Part shown: in pieces, positions 36,714-46,251 of the stretch
Layout: every line of letters starts with the position of its first letter
Numbering within the stretch: the first letter of the stretch is position 1
Assembly (NCBI RefSeq): GCF_046483245.1
Contig: NZ_JAWODO010000041.1
Coordinates: 3,836 to 67,835, forward strand
Length of the DNA: 64,000 bases
Reading direction: 5' to 3'
DNA from: Desulfosalsimonas sp.
GTDB lineage: Bacteria > Desulfobacterota > Desulfobacteria > Desulfobacterales > Desulfosalsimonadaceae
Program-made: the position numbers and the translations under genes
Notes under the pieces: generated by a model
Databases searched by the model: none
The model's input: only the letters and a program-made list of their open reading frames with translations
What the model was told of the DNA's origin: nothing

Positions 36714-37101
36714 CAAGTTAACTTTCCAAGCCCATCTGATTTTCCCCGGTTTCTTCTCCCAGATCTATATCAGGGTTTGCCAAACTTGGCAAGCATACCC
36801 GTGCCCGCCCGGCTCCGGCGTATCCAAAGCGCACAATTGAAAACATTACCGGTGCCGTCTTGGATGTCTATTCATGGAAAACCCGTATTCCCCCGATAAA
36901 AGGCCCTTTCTGGAAACCATAAAACCCGTTTGTTATCGAAAAAAAACAGTCGCAACCCACTATGTAACAAAAAAAACTTTTGGCCTTAATTTTTCCGCCA
37001 CACGTCCGAAAAGATCCTTTTATGATTTCAGGAGGAAAAACATCTTAATTTTAAACAGAAAACATTTTGCAGAATGACCAAACTAAAAGGAGGCAAACGA
37101 A

Positions 37102-39039
37102 ATGAAGGCCAAATCATTGCGGTTCAAACTAATCGCCGGCGGAATACTGGTGGTGTTAATTCCTTTGCTGGCGGTTGGATATTTTGCTGTTACCCGGGCA
37201 TCAGAGGCTCTGCAGGGCCTTGGACGGGAACAAGTCGTCAATTTATCCAAAGATCTGTCCAGCATGACGGATTTGGTGCTCAAGGAAGAGCTGAAGCTGA
37301 GCACAGAAATTGGTTCGGATGTAAAATTGCAGGAAGCGGTATCCGCAGTGGTTGAAACAGGGAGGCAAAGTGCGGCCGCTGAAGCGGAATTATTGGACAA
37401 AAGGCTTTCAGGCATAATGACGTCCATCGGTCATGATTATGAAGCCATCTTTTTGGCCGATCCCAAAGGTGTTATTTATTCAGATGGCAACAAAGGCGCA
37501 TACCGGGATGTCTCCATCGCTGACAGACCTTATTTTCAAAAAGCAAAGAGCGGAAAAACCCTGGTCGGCAATCCCATAAAATCAAAGGTCACGGGCGATG
37601 TCGTGGTGCCGGTGGCCAGCCCGGTCCAGACCCCGGAAGGCAAATTTGCCGGTGTCCTTGCATTAATTGTTAAAATTGATTTTATCGCTGATAAAATCAC
37701 TTCTGTCAAAATCGGCGAAACCGGGTATCCTTTTATAGTGAATCAGAAAGGGCTGATTCTCGTCCATCCGGATGAAACCCTTATTCTGGAGACAGACATA
37801 ACCCAGCTTCCTGGCATGGAAGACATTGCCCGGGCGGCAACAAACGGCCAAACAGGGGTGAAACAATATATTTACCAAGGGGATAAAAAAATTGGGGGTT
37901 TTGCGCCCGTGGACCTTACCGGATGGAGCGTTGTAACAACTCAGACAGCTGATGATTTCATGGGAACGGCCAATTCCATTCGCAATTTCATGACAATCAT
38001 GACCGTTGTTTTCCTGGGCGCCACAATGCTGATTGTCATCTTTTTCGCCAACGGTATCAGCCGTCGGGTGATGAATATCGTGGATAGTTTAAACAGGAGT
38101 TCCGAGCAGGTCGCTTCAGCCTCCGGCCAGGTGGCCTCCACCAGCCAGTCCCTGGCGGAAGGATCCAGTGAACAGGCCTCAAGCCTTGAAGAAACATCTT
38201 CTTCCCTCGAGGAGATGGCGGCACAGACCCGCCAAAACTCCCAAAATGCGGATCAGGCAGACAATGCTGTCAAGGAGACTTCCAAGGTTGTTGAAAACGG
38301 GGTCTCATCCATGGAGCGAATGAACTCAGCCATCAATGAAATTAAGGAATCTTCCAACGAAACCTCGAAAATTATAAAAACCATTGATGATATTGCTTTC
38401 CAGACAAATCTTCTGGCACTTAACGCCGCAGTGGAAGCTGCACGTGCAGGCGAGGCCGGCAAGGGCTTTGCCGTTGTTGCCGAAGAGGTCAGAAACCTTG
38501 CCCAGCGAAGCGCCGAGGCCGCCCAGAACACATCCCAGCTTATTGAAAAATCTCAGGAAAACGCCAACAATGGCGTCAACGTGGCCGAGGAAGTCGCCAC
38601 GCAGCTCAATTCCATCAAAGAAAGCTCGGCCAAGGTGAATACCTTGATTTCAGAAATTGCCGCCGCCTCAAAGGAGCAGACCCAGGGCATCGAACAAGTC
38701 AATGTCGCGGTTTCTGAAATGGACAAGGTTGTTCAACAAAATGCCGCGGATTCCGAGGAATCTGCCAGTGCAGCCGAAGAACTTTCCTCCCAGGCGACAG
38801 AAATGGAAAAAATGGTTGCCGAACTGGAAGCGGTGGTGGCAGGCAGCGCTGCCGGTGGAGGCCACCGGTCAGATTATTCACAGCCATCCACGGCCAGGGT
38901 TCGTCCCAAAAAACAGTCATCGCATCAGCCGGAAAACAGGCAGCAGAAACAAACCCCCAAAAAGCTTGCCGGAAAACACCGGTCAAATGACGCAGATCAG
39001 GTAATCCCATTGGACGATAATGATTTCAAAGAATTCTGA
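37102..39039 (+). CDS. Methyl-accepting chemotaxis protein (TM, double Cache, TM, HAMP, MA domain)
   Basis: The highly conserved hairpin tip '[37 protein letters not shown]', Cache-like '[16 protein letters not shown]' and a strong AAAGGAGG RBS. Confidence 0.92.
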   Translation: MKAKSLRFKLIAGGILVVLIPLLAVGYFAVTRASEALQGLGREQVVNLSKDLSSMTDLVLKEELKLSTEIGSDVKLQEAVSAVVETGRQSAAAEAELLDKRLSGIMTSIGHDYEAIFLADPKGVIYSDGNKGAYRDVSIADRPYFQKAKSGKTLVGNPIKSKVTGDVVVPVASPVQTPEGKFAGVLALIVKIDFIADKITSVKIGETGYPFIVNQKGLILVHPDETLILETDITQLPGMEDIARAATNGQTGVKQYIYQGDKKIGGFAPVDLTGWSVVTTQTADDFMGTANSIRNFMTIMTVVFLGATMLIVIFFANGISRRVMNIVDSLNRSSEQVASASGQVASTSQSLAEGSSEQASSLEETSSSLEEMAAQTRQNSQNADQADNAVKETSKVVENGVSSMERMNSAINEIKESSNETSKIIKTIDDIAFQTNLLALNAAVEAARAGEAGKGFAVVAEEVRNLAQRSAEAAQNTSQLIEKSQENANNGVNVAEEVATQLNSIKESSAKVNTLISEIAAASKEQTQGIEQVNVAVSEMDKVVQQNAADSEESASAAEELSSQATEMEKMVAELEAVVAGSAAGGGHRSDYSQPSTARVRPKKQSSHQPENRQQKQTPKKLAGKHRSNDADQVIPLDDNDFKEF

Positions 39040-39066
39040 TACCTGAAAAAAACAATAAATGCAAAC

Positions 39067-39094
39067 AGGGCGGTCTGACAAGACCGCCCTTTGA
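39067..39094 (+). terminator. Rho-independent terminator after the MCP gene
   Basis: AGGGCGGTCT (39067-39076), loop GACA, AGACCGCCCT (39081-39090), then TTTG. Confidence 0.6.
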
Positions 39095-39311
39095 TAAAAT
39101 AAACCGGAGGACAAATCGAGGCGGCACCATCGCTGGGCATGCAGGCAAACACCCATTTCATCCTCGGCATGGCCAAAACCGAATCCGCTGTCAAGATTCT
39201 TCTGGATATCGACAAGGTCTTATCCGCCGAAGAAATGAATGCCCTGACCCGTACCAGCGGATAAACAAAAATAACAGGCGGGTTGTCGAAACCACCCCGG
39301 ATCAACCGGGT

Positions 39312-40388
39312 TTAGGAACGCAGCACGTGGTAGCAGACCACGGGATCCAGCTTGTTTTTCACGTGCACCTGCCCGCGGCATTCAAACGCGAAATTCTCCG
39401 TGTTGGCCAGATAGGTTTGCTCGCCGATGATGATCTCACCACCGGCGGCCATCTGCTCAAGCCTGGCCGCCACGTTGACGCAATCACCGATGACCGTGTA
39501 ATCCATCCGGTTGGCCGATCCGATATTTCCGATAATGGCCGTTCCCGTGTTGATCCCGATGCCGAGTTCAAAATATTCCAATCCGGCGGCCATTCGACGC
39601 CGCCGCATGGCGTCTGTGGCCGCCTGGATTTCAATGGCCGTGCGGATGGCATTGGCCGGCGCATTGCCATCTGTGTCCACCAGGCCGAAGACGGCGATCA
39701 GCTGATCACCCACGAACTTGTCAAGCAGGCCGTTGTTTTTAAAAATAATATCCACCATGACGCTGAAATACTCGTTTAGCATGGCCACCACCTCTTCTGC
39801 GGCCATACGCTCGGCAATGGTGGTAAATGAACGGATATCGGCAAACAGCACAGTGACATTGCGCCGCTCGGTTTCCAGAAAAACCCCTTCCTTGAGGTTA
39901 ATGAGCTTTTCCACGAGGTTGTTGCCCACATACCGACTCAGGCGGTTTCGCAATTGCTCTTCACGCTTGCTGCGCTGATAAGACAGGGCCAGATCCCTGG
40001 CATAGACCATCAACTGGGTGGCCTGTTGCTGGTTTTTGCGATTTAATTCTTCAACCTGCTTTTGCAGCAAATGAAAAGAACCCGCAATGTCGAATAACTC
40101 CCGGTCCGCACGCAGCTCTGTCAACTCCGCTTCTCCCCCCTGCCCGGCCCGGCCGGCGGCCAGCATGAGTTTCCGGATCTGGGATACCAGCCGGCGCAGT
40201 AAAATATAGCCGGAAACCATGCTTGCCAAAGCCAGGGGCAACGCCCAGAGAAGGTCGCCGGCTGGATCAGGGGATAGACGAAATAAGAGAAAAAGCAACA
40301 GAAGAACGGGGAAAATGGCCATCAGCACACCCGCCGCCCGAATCCGGCCAACGGTGCTCAAGTAATTTTTCCGATTCCGCCGGCTCAT
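39312..40388 (-). CDS. Membrane-anchored class III adenylate cyclase (2 TM, HAMP-like/coiled coil, cyclase domain)
   Basis: 'VTVLFADIRSFT', 'DKFVGDQLIAVFG' (the Lys is consistent with ATP specificity), 'GINTGTAIIGNIGS' and 'YTVIGDCVNVAARLE'. Confidence 0.85.
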   Translation of the reverse strand: MSRRNRKNYLSTVGRIRAAGVLMAIFPVLLLLFLLFRLSPDPAGDLLWALPLALASMVSGYILLRRLVSQIRKLMLAAGRAGQGGEAELTELRADRELFDIAGSFHLLQKQVEELNRKNQQQATQLMVYARDLALSYQRSKREEQLRNRLSRYVGNNLVEKLINLKEGVFLETERRNVTVLFADIRSFTTIAERMAAEEVVAMLNEYFSVMVDIIFKNNGLLDKFVGDQLIAVFGLVDTDGNAPANAIRTAIEIQAATDAMRRRRMAAGLEYFELGIGINTGTAIIGNIGSANRMDYTVIGDCVNVAARLEQMAAGGEIIIGEQTYLANTENFAFECRGQVHVKNKLDPVVCYHVLRS

Positions 40389-40876
40389 TCAGGGCATCCG
40401 TTTTCTTCAGGCGCCATGCGCTGAAAATCAAATCCATGGTGAAAGCAAACAGCAATGCCCTGCAAACCGGCATCGGGTTTGGCGCCGCAAGCCTCCGGGC
40501 AGTTGATGCGCACCACGCTTGCCTGGTTTCGGATGCAGGCCTGCACGTCTTCTGCAGCATCGAGCATAATGGCCACATCTATATCCTGGCCCACATGGTA
40601 GCGGTCCGGAAAACTGGACAAAAACAGTGCACCGCTGCCCGATACGTCCTGTAGGCGGGTGACTTCCTTAAAAGGGCGATTTTGGAAATCTTTTCCGGAA
40701 ATCCGTACCGGGAAGGTAATCTGGTAGCGATCAAAAGAGCGCTTATCAAAACTAGTGTCCGGGTCCGGCACCTGAGGAGACAACTGTTTTGGCCGGGTTC
40801 CGGGCAGAATCCGCCGGACAAGTCCCCGTAAACGCGTTTTCAGGGAGTCAAGCAACGGATCGGCTTCCTTTTTCAA
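40385..40876 (-). CDS. PilZ-domain c-di-GMP receptor protein
   Basis: Both PilZ motifs are present: RxxxR ('RSFDR') and DxSxxG ('DVSGSG'). Its stop overlaps the cyclase start by 4 nt. Confidence 0.75.
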   Translation of the reverse strand: MKKEADPLLDSLKTRLRGLVRRILPGTRPKQLSPQVPDPDTSFDKRSFDRYQITFPVRISGKDFQNRPFKEVTRLQDVSGSGALFLSSFPDRYHVGQDIDVAIMLDAAEDVQACIRNQASVVRINCPEACGAKPDAGLQGIAVCFHHGFDFQRMAPEENGCPE

Positions 40877-40887
40877 ATCTCAGGGCA

Positions 40888-43266
40888 TCAGGTGATGCAC
40901 ACCCGGCGCACCTCGCTCATGTCCGTGAATCCGGCAAACATCTTTGCAATGCCATCCTGAACCAGCGTGGTCATACCCTCCTGGCTTGCCTGGTTGAAAA
41001 GCTCTTCAGCACTGGCCTGCCGCTTGATCATCCGCTTGATCGCCTTGGAGCCGTCCATGAGTTCATGGATGCCCATCCGGCCCTTATAGCCGCTGCTGCA
41101 CTGCTCACAGCCTTTGGGCCTGTAGATGGTCAGATCCTCGGTCCAGGTAATGCCGGTTTGCTCAAATGCCGCCTCGCCGTAGATTTCAACAATCTCATCG
41201 AATTCCTCCCGTGTGGGATGATAAGCCTCCCGGCAGTTGGGACACAGGCGGCGCACCAGGCGCTGGGCCAGCACACAGATAAACGCATCGGAAAAATTCA
41301 GGGGATTTAACCCCATGTCCAGAAGTCGGGTCACGGTTTCCGGGGCACTGTTGGTATGCAGGGTGGAAAACACCAGGTGACCGGTCAGGGAGGCCTCCAC
41401 ACCAATGGAAGCGGTTTCGTAATCGCGCATTTCACCGACCATGATAACATCCGGGTCAGCCCGGAGAAACGAACGCATGATACGGGCAAAATCCAGCCCG
41501 ATCTTTTTGTGCACCTCCACCTGGCGCAAGCCCTGCTGGGTAATTTCCACCGGGTCTTCAGCGGTCCAGATCTTGCGCTCGGGAGTATTGATGTGATGCA
41601 GTGCTGAATGCAGGGTTGTGGTTTTACCCGAACCCGTGGGCCCGACGCACAGAATCAGCCCATAGGGCTTGGAAATGCCCCGCCGCATGACTTCAAGATT
41701 GCGCTCGGTCATGCCCATCTCGTCGATTTTCATGGCGCCGGCTGAAGCCAGAAGACGCATTACCGCATCTTCCAGGCCTCCGGCTGTGGGCAGGGTGGCC
41801 ACACGGAGTTCAAACTGAGGCACGCCCCGCCGCCGGAATTTGATTTTTCCATCCTGGGGCATGCGCCGTTCAGCAATATCGAGCCCGGCCATGATCTTGA
41901 TACGGGACAACAAGGCATTGGCAAAGGTATTGGGCACTTCGAGAAAATCCTGGCACACCCCGTCTATGCGAAAACGAATCTTGGTGCGCCGGGTGATGGG
42001 GGATGGTTCCACGTGAACATCCGAGGCGTTTTTCCGGAAAGCCGTGATCAGGGTTTGATCCACCAGCCGGACCACCTTGCCGGAGGCCTCGGTATAGGCT
42101 TCAAAGTCTTCTTCTTCATCCTCTTCTTCGTCGAATTCGATTTCCGGCAGATTTTCAAAGGCCTCAGTAGTGGAAAGGCTGTCCTGTTCAGACTTGGCTG
42201 ATTTTTTCCCAACAAAAAAATGATTAATAATGGCTTCAATGTCTTCCTTGATGCCAACAGAGAAGACAAACTTGCTGGTGTTAAACAGGGCCTTGGCATG
42301 ATCGAGCTTGCGCAGGTCCTTGGGGTCATCGAGCAAGATTTCAATGTGGTCGATTTCCCATTTCAGGGGCACCCATAAGTCCTGGAGCAAAAAGGGCTTT
42401 TTCAGGTTGGCCAGAAGTTCGTAGGGCACCTCCATTTTTGAATTATATTCCTTGAAGGGGCAGTGATAGAACGCGGATAAAGACTTTCCGATCTGCTCCT
42501 TGGGCACCTTGAACTGCTCCATGAGCACCTGTTCCACGCTCTTTTTGAGCTGTTTGGATATGCCCAGGGCCTTCTGAAGCTGATCAGTGGTGACAATCTC
42601 ATTTCGCAGCAGATAATCATAGCGGGATTCATACCGCTCGCCCGGTCCTGCGGAAGCCAGCTTTTCCTTGATTTTGGGGTAGACCGGATCGATTCCCTGA
42701 ACGGATTGGTAACACTCAGCAGCCAGTTCCTTATAATCGCGATGCTCAAATGCCAGGCCGAGCTCGTATTTCATGTCCGCCCGGGTTTTTTCTGAAATCT
42801 GATTTTCCTCGCCGATGGCATCGACGCGCTGGATGACCTCGGTCGGCGGAAACAAAGCAAAAAGGCACTCCAGCAAATCTGCATAAAACTGGTCCACTGG
42901 ATAATCGGCTGAAAAAAGCTTTTGATATTCTTTTACCGCTTCCTTGTACAGGCCCAGTTCCTTGAAGGCCGTGGCGCTGTCATAGACCTCGGGGGCGCTT
43001 TCCCCGAGGGAAAGCCCTGACTTGATGTGAGAGACATCTTCGGTCGACAACTCCTTGGCCACGTCCTGATCCAGGTCCTCGGCCTCCTGACTCAGGGAAT
43101 CGATTTTGCTTTGGATTTCCGCCCTTGTCTCTTCGGTTAAATCAGTAAATGATTCAAGCATATTCCGGTATACGGATATGGCTTCTTCGTATAATCCGTG
43201 GGCTTCGTATGCTTCTGCCACCTTTTGCCGGGAGTCGAAACCGGGTTGTTTTTCCACGGTCTCCAT
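40888..43266 (-). CDS. GspE/PilB-class secretion ATPase with an N-terminal TPR region and a T2SSE_N domain
   Basis: Walker A 'GPTGSGKTT', Asp box/Walker B 'DPDVIMVGEMRD', His box 'LVFSTLHTNSA' and tetra-Cys 'CPNC...CEQC'. The N-terminal roughly 240 aa are TPR-like repeats ('AEAYEAHGLYEEAISVYRNML', 'FKELGLYKEAVKEYQKL', 'LAAECYQSVQGIDP'). The start is taken at the ATG of 'METVEKQ' (43266), which has an AAGGATGGA RBS. Confidence 0.9.
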   Translation of the reverse strand: METVEKQPGFDSRQKVAEAYEAHGLYEEAISVYRNMLESFTDLTEETRAEIQSKIDSLSQEAEDLDQDVAKELSTEDVSHIKSGLSLGESAPEVYDSATAFKELGLYKEAVKEYQKLFSADYPVDQFYADLLECLFALFPPTEVIQRVDAIGEENQISEKTRADMKYELGLAFEHRDYKELAAECYQSVQGIDPVYPKIKEKLASAGPGERYESRYDYLLRNEIVTTDQLQKALGISKQLKKSVEQVLMEQFKVPKEQIGKSLSAFYHCPFKEYNSKMEVPYELLANLKKPFLLQDLWVPLKWEIDHIEILLDDPKDLRKLDHAKALFNTSKFVFSVGIKEDIEAIINHFFVGKKSAKSEQDSLSTTEAFENLPEIEFDEEEDEEEDFEAYTEASGKVVRLVDQTLITAFRKNASDVHVEPSPITRRTKIRFRIDGVCQDFLEVPNTFANALLSRIKIMAGLDIAERRMPQDGKIKFRRRGVPQFELRVATLPTAGGLEDAVMRLLASAGAMKIDEMGMTERNLEVMRRGISKPYGLILCVGPTGSGKTTTLHSALHHINTPERKIWTAEDPVEITQQGLRQVEVHKKIGLDFARIMRSFLRADPDVIMVGEMRDYETASIGVEASLTGHLVFSTLHTNSAPETVTRLLDMGLNPLNFSDAFICVLAQRLVRRLCPNCREAYHPTREEFDEIVEIYGEAAFEQTGITWTEDLTIYRPKGCEQCSSGYKGRMGIHELMDGSKAIKRMIKRQASAEELFNQASQEGMTTLVQDGIAKMFAGFTDMSEVRRVCIT

Positions 43267-43477
43267 GTTTCCATCCTTTTTGATTCGCAAAATATTACAG
43301 GCTGCCGGATCCAAATGCAGCCGCATTTCAACAAAAACAAATTGATCAGGCTTTGCGCCTTTTAAATAGTGCCTGAACGAAAACCGTCTTTTCCGCCAAT
43401 CTCTGCGTCCGGCTCAAATTTTAATCCTCAAAATACGTCGAGTATTCCTGCGGTTAAAATTTTCGCCGTCCTGGACC

Positions 43478-43858
43478 TTAACGAAAAATCCTGGTTTTCG
43501 TTCGGCCACTAAATATCTGGCCGAACTTGCGGCCCGGCTTGATCCGGTCCAGAGAGGGCAGAAGGATCTCGCAGTTGAGCCTTACCATTGAAACCGGGGC
43601 CAGATCATCGAGCAGCACCAGCACATAGCCCGGCTTGGCCTTTCGGACATACAAGCGCTTGCTGTCAAAGACGAATTCGGCCTCACTGATCTCGGATAAT
43701 TCACTGGCAAAAGACGACCAGTCAAACCTGCCAAACCGCGACTGCTCATCACCGTATCCGGAAGAAAACTCACTGGCTACCACCTGCCCGTCTCCGGCAA
43801 AGACGATCACGCCGTGGACGCCTTCGATGGTGATAATATCCCTGAAAATATCTTTCAT
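43478..43858 (-). CDS. Roadblock/LC7-like small protein (second copy in the cluster; MglC/MglB-like)
   Basis: 126 aa. 'IEGVHGVIVFAGDGQVVASEF' and 'YVLVLLDDLAPVSMVRL' follow the Roadblock beta-strand pattern. Confidence 0.55.
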   Translation of the reverse strand: MKDIFRDIITIEGVHGVIVFAGDGQVVASEFSSGYGDEQSRFGRFDWSSFASELSEISEAEFVFDSKRLYVRKAKPGYVLVLLDDLAPVSMVRLNCEILLPSLDRIKPGRKFGQIFSGRTKTRIFR

Positions 43859-43932
43859 TGCCCTTTCCGTGCACCTGATAACGCGTTTGCGTCCCGGCGG
43901 AACCGGCTTTTTTTCAAAATTTTGAAAAACCC

Positions 43933-45039
43933 CTATAGCAGCAGATCAATGATCCGGTCCCGGGACACATCATGGCTCATCCGTATCACGCTCACCTGGC
44001 TGCCCGGCACAATCACCCGCTGGCCCGTGGATTTGTGATTCACATAAACCGCATTGAGCTCTCCGCTGCCGCAAAGTTTTCCAATCCGCGCGGCTTCTTG
44101 CAGAAGACCGGCATACCGCTGATCTTCATATATATCCTCCACTCCGGAAACCTTTCCGAATATGGACTCCAATTTGCTTTGGGACCGCCCTGCATCAGAA
44201 GCCCCTGCGAAATCGGGTTCTTTGCTGTCTCCTGCACCGGAACGGGAACGATCAGTGGCTAACGGTGCATCTTGTTCTTCGGACTGGGTGAAAATGGGGC
44301 TGTCGAGCAAAATCTGGTCATTTGGCGGATTTTCATGGGGCGAAAAATCCGGCCGGTTTTCATCCTTTTGGCGCATGGCGTTTAGCAGCATCGACTGAAG
44401 GCCTCCGTCGATGAGCTTTTCGGTCACCTGGCAAAAATTTTCAATTGTCAGCGACACCCCGGACCAGGAAAGAATTTCATAGGCCGCCTCATGGCCCTGC
44501 CGACCGCCCAGGCGGGCATTGATCAAATCCCCGTCCCTGAAAAACAACACCCCCAGCTGATTGCCGGTCTTGCGGCTCACACGAAGGGTGCAGGTCTGGC
44601 TTTCCATTTCAATGAGCTGCAGAAATGTTTCCAGGGAAACATTGTGCAGGCTGCCGCCTTCCGCCTGAGCTCTAAGTATCCGGTTGATGCGCTCGATCAG
44701 GTCTTCCGTGCTCAAAGGCTTGACCATGTAGTCGCTGGCCCCGCTTTTAAAAACCACCTCCCGGGTCTTGGGACGATCATAGGCGGTGACAATCATCACG
44801 GGAATATCCGGGTAGTCCCGGCTGACCCGGTTTACCAGCTCAAAACCATCGATTCCCGGCATCCGCAAATCACTGACCACGGCGCTGACGTGGTCTGCGG
44901 CCAGCATATCCAGTGCCTCCTGGCCGCTTTCCGTTGTTGCCACTGTAAAAGGCGGGGCATTTTGCTTCAGTTCCTGCTCCATGAGCTGGAGCCAAACCGC
45001 ATCATCATCGACTATGAGCACTTTTGGTGTCATGATCAC
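43933..45039 (-). CDS. Response regulator: REC, DUF4388 (PATAN-like), and a low-complexity/acidic tail
   Basis: REC: 'VLIVDDD', acceptor 'VVSDLRMPGIDG', 'IVTAY' and 'YMVKP'. DUF4388-like: 'GSLHNVSLETFLQLIEMESQTCTLRV...GVLFFRDGDLINARLGGRQGHEAAYEILSW'. Confidence 0.8.
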   Translation of the reverse strand: MIMTPKVLIVDDDAVWLQLMEQELKQNAPPFTVATTESGQEALDMLAADHVSAVVSDLRMPGIDGFELVNRVSRDYPDIPVMIVTAYDRPKTREVVFKSGASDYMVKPLSTEDLIERINRILRAQAEGGSLHNVSLETFLQLIEMESQTCTLRVSRKTGNQLGVLFFRDGDLINARLGGRQGHEAAYEILSWSGVSLTIENFCQVTEKLIDGGLQSMLLNAMRQKDENRPDFSPHENPPNDQILLDSPIFTQSEEQDAPLATDRSRSGAGDSKEPDFAGASDAGRSQSKLESIFGKVSGVEDIYEDQRYAGLLQEAARIGKLCGSGELNAVYVNHKSTGQRVIVPGSQVSVIRMSHDVSRDRIIDLLL

Positions 45040-45097
45040 CTGTTATATGGATTCCGGCGGTTTTCTCCGGTGCCGGCCATTAAAAACCATCGTTGCA

Positions 45098-46132
45098 CTA
45101 CAATCTTATATCAAATGCAGCAATTTCATCAGCGAATTCCCTGCGCCAGACTTCGAGATTTTTCTGGAGCCGAACCAGCAAACCGTGGCTTTCAGCGATC
45201 TCCGTGACACATTCCGCTACTGCGGCTACCAGCTTTCCATAATCGGCGCTTCCGCTAAACTGCGCCTTGCCCTCGGAATACCTGAATTCCGCGGCAAACG
45301 GATCCAGAAATTCATATTTGTCCACATTTTCCACAAACTTGCGGTTCAGCAGGGTTTCGAAATCGCCTTTGATTTTCCGGTTAGACCGCACCAAGGATTC
45401 CAGGGCGTATAACAACCCTCCCAGCATCTCCATGACCCGGGCCGAACCGATCTTTACCTCCCGGGAACCGGAATCGGCTTTGCTGCTGTCCCTGACCCGT
45501 TCCGGAGGCGATATTTTGGCTGCCTCGGGCTCATCCAGCATCACCCGGCTGACGTTAAAATTGCCGCCATGTTTCTTGGACCGTTGAATCAGGTCCTGCC
45601 GGTACTGCTCGGAGCGGTCCAGGTTGCCGGCACCGTCAGCCGAAGAGCCTCCGATGACTTCCCCCTTGTAAATAAACAGCAGGCCGCCCTGGGCGTTTTT
45701 GACCTCCACGTCAATATAGCCGGTGAACTTTTCCGCCTCCAGTTTTCGAATCAATCCCTCAAGATTGGTAAACTCGGAGGTCAAATCCGCATACACCACC
45801 TTTGATTTCGGCAGATTGGCCCAGAAATAGAGTCGCTCCGGCAGGATTCGATAAACCGAAATGGTAAAATTGTTTCGGCCTGCGCCTTCAACAACGCGCT
45901 CAACAGCATCCGTGCCGTGAAAATGCTGCCGCCGGTGGTCCAAAAATCCGTTGACAATGCTTTGCTCGTCAAAAAAAAGCACCGCCTCGGAAACCGGAGA
46001 CTGAAAATGGACCACGCCGGCACCCACCTCGCCCTGGTAATGTTCAATGAGCCTGGCAATATCAACGTAGTAGCTGTTTAAATTTTCAACAACCGGCTTT
46101 TCTCTGGGAATCAGAAACATTTCTTTTTCCAC
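45098..46132 (-). CDS. Hypothetical protein, possibly two DUF4388/PATAN-like repeats plus a helical C-terminus
   Basis: Intact 344-aa ORF with backbone-like codon usage. 'FTGYIDVEVKNAQGGLLFIYKGEVIGG' resembles the DUF4388 core. No catalytic motif was seen. Confidence 0.5.
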   Translation of the reverse strand: MEKEMFLIPREKPVVENLNSYYVDIARLIEHYQGEVGAGVVHFQSPVSEAVLFFDEQSIVNGFLDHRRQHFHGTDAVERVVEGAGRNNFTISVYRILPERLYFWANLPKSKVVYADLTSEFTNLEGLIRKLEAEKFTGYIDVEVKNAQGGLLFIYKGEVIGGSSADGAGNLDRSEQYRQDLIQRSKKHGGNFNVSRVMLDEPEAAKISPPERVRDSSKADSGSREVKIGSARVMEMLGGLLYALESLVRSNRKIKGDFETLLNRKFVENVDKYEFLDPFAAEFRYSEGKAQFSGSADYGKLVAAVAECVTEIAESHGLLVRLQKNLEVWRREFADEIAAFDIRL

Positions 46133-46251
46133 ATTGTATTGTTAACGATCTTCAGTTACGGCAATGATACGGCCGCAGACAAAGCAAACAGGCAATGCGC
46201 CGGCACGGGCGGGCGCATCGCCCTCATAATTTGCCTTGCCCGAATCCCGGC

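Noticed and set aside
39139-39264. 41-aa ORF (MQANTHFILGMAKTESAVKILLDIDKVLSAEEMNALTRTSG) between the MCP terminator and the cyclase gene
   Set aside because: The only Shine-Dalgarno-like GGAGGA lies 27 nt upstream of the ATG, which is too far, and there is no start codon at proper spacing. No family was recognised. It may merit a conservation check but is not supportable as a gene.
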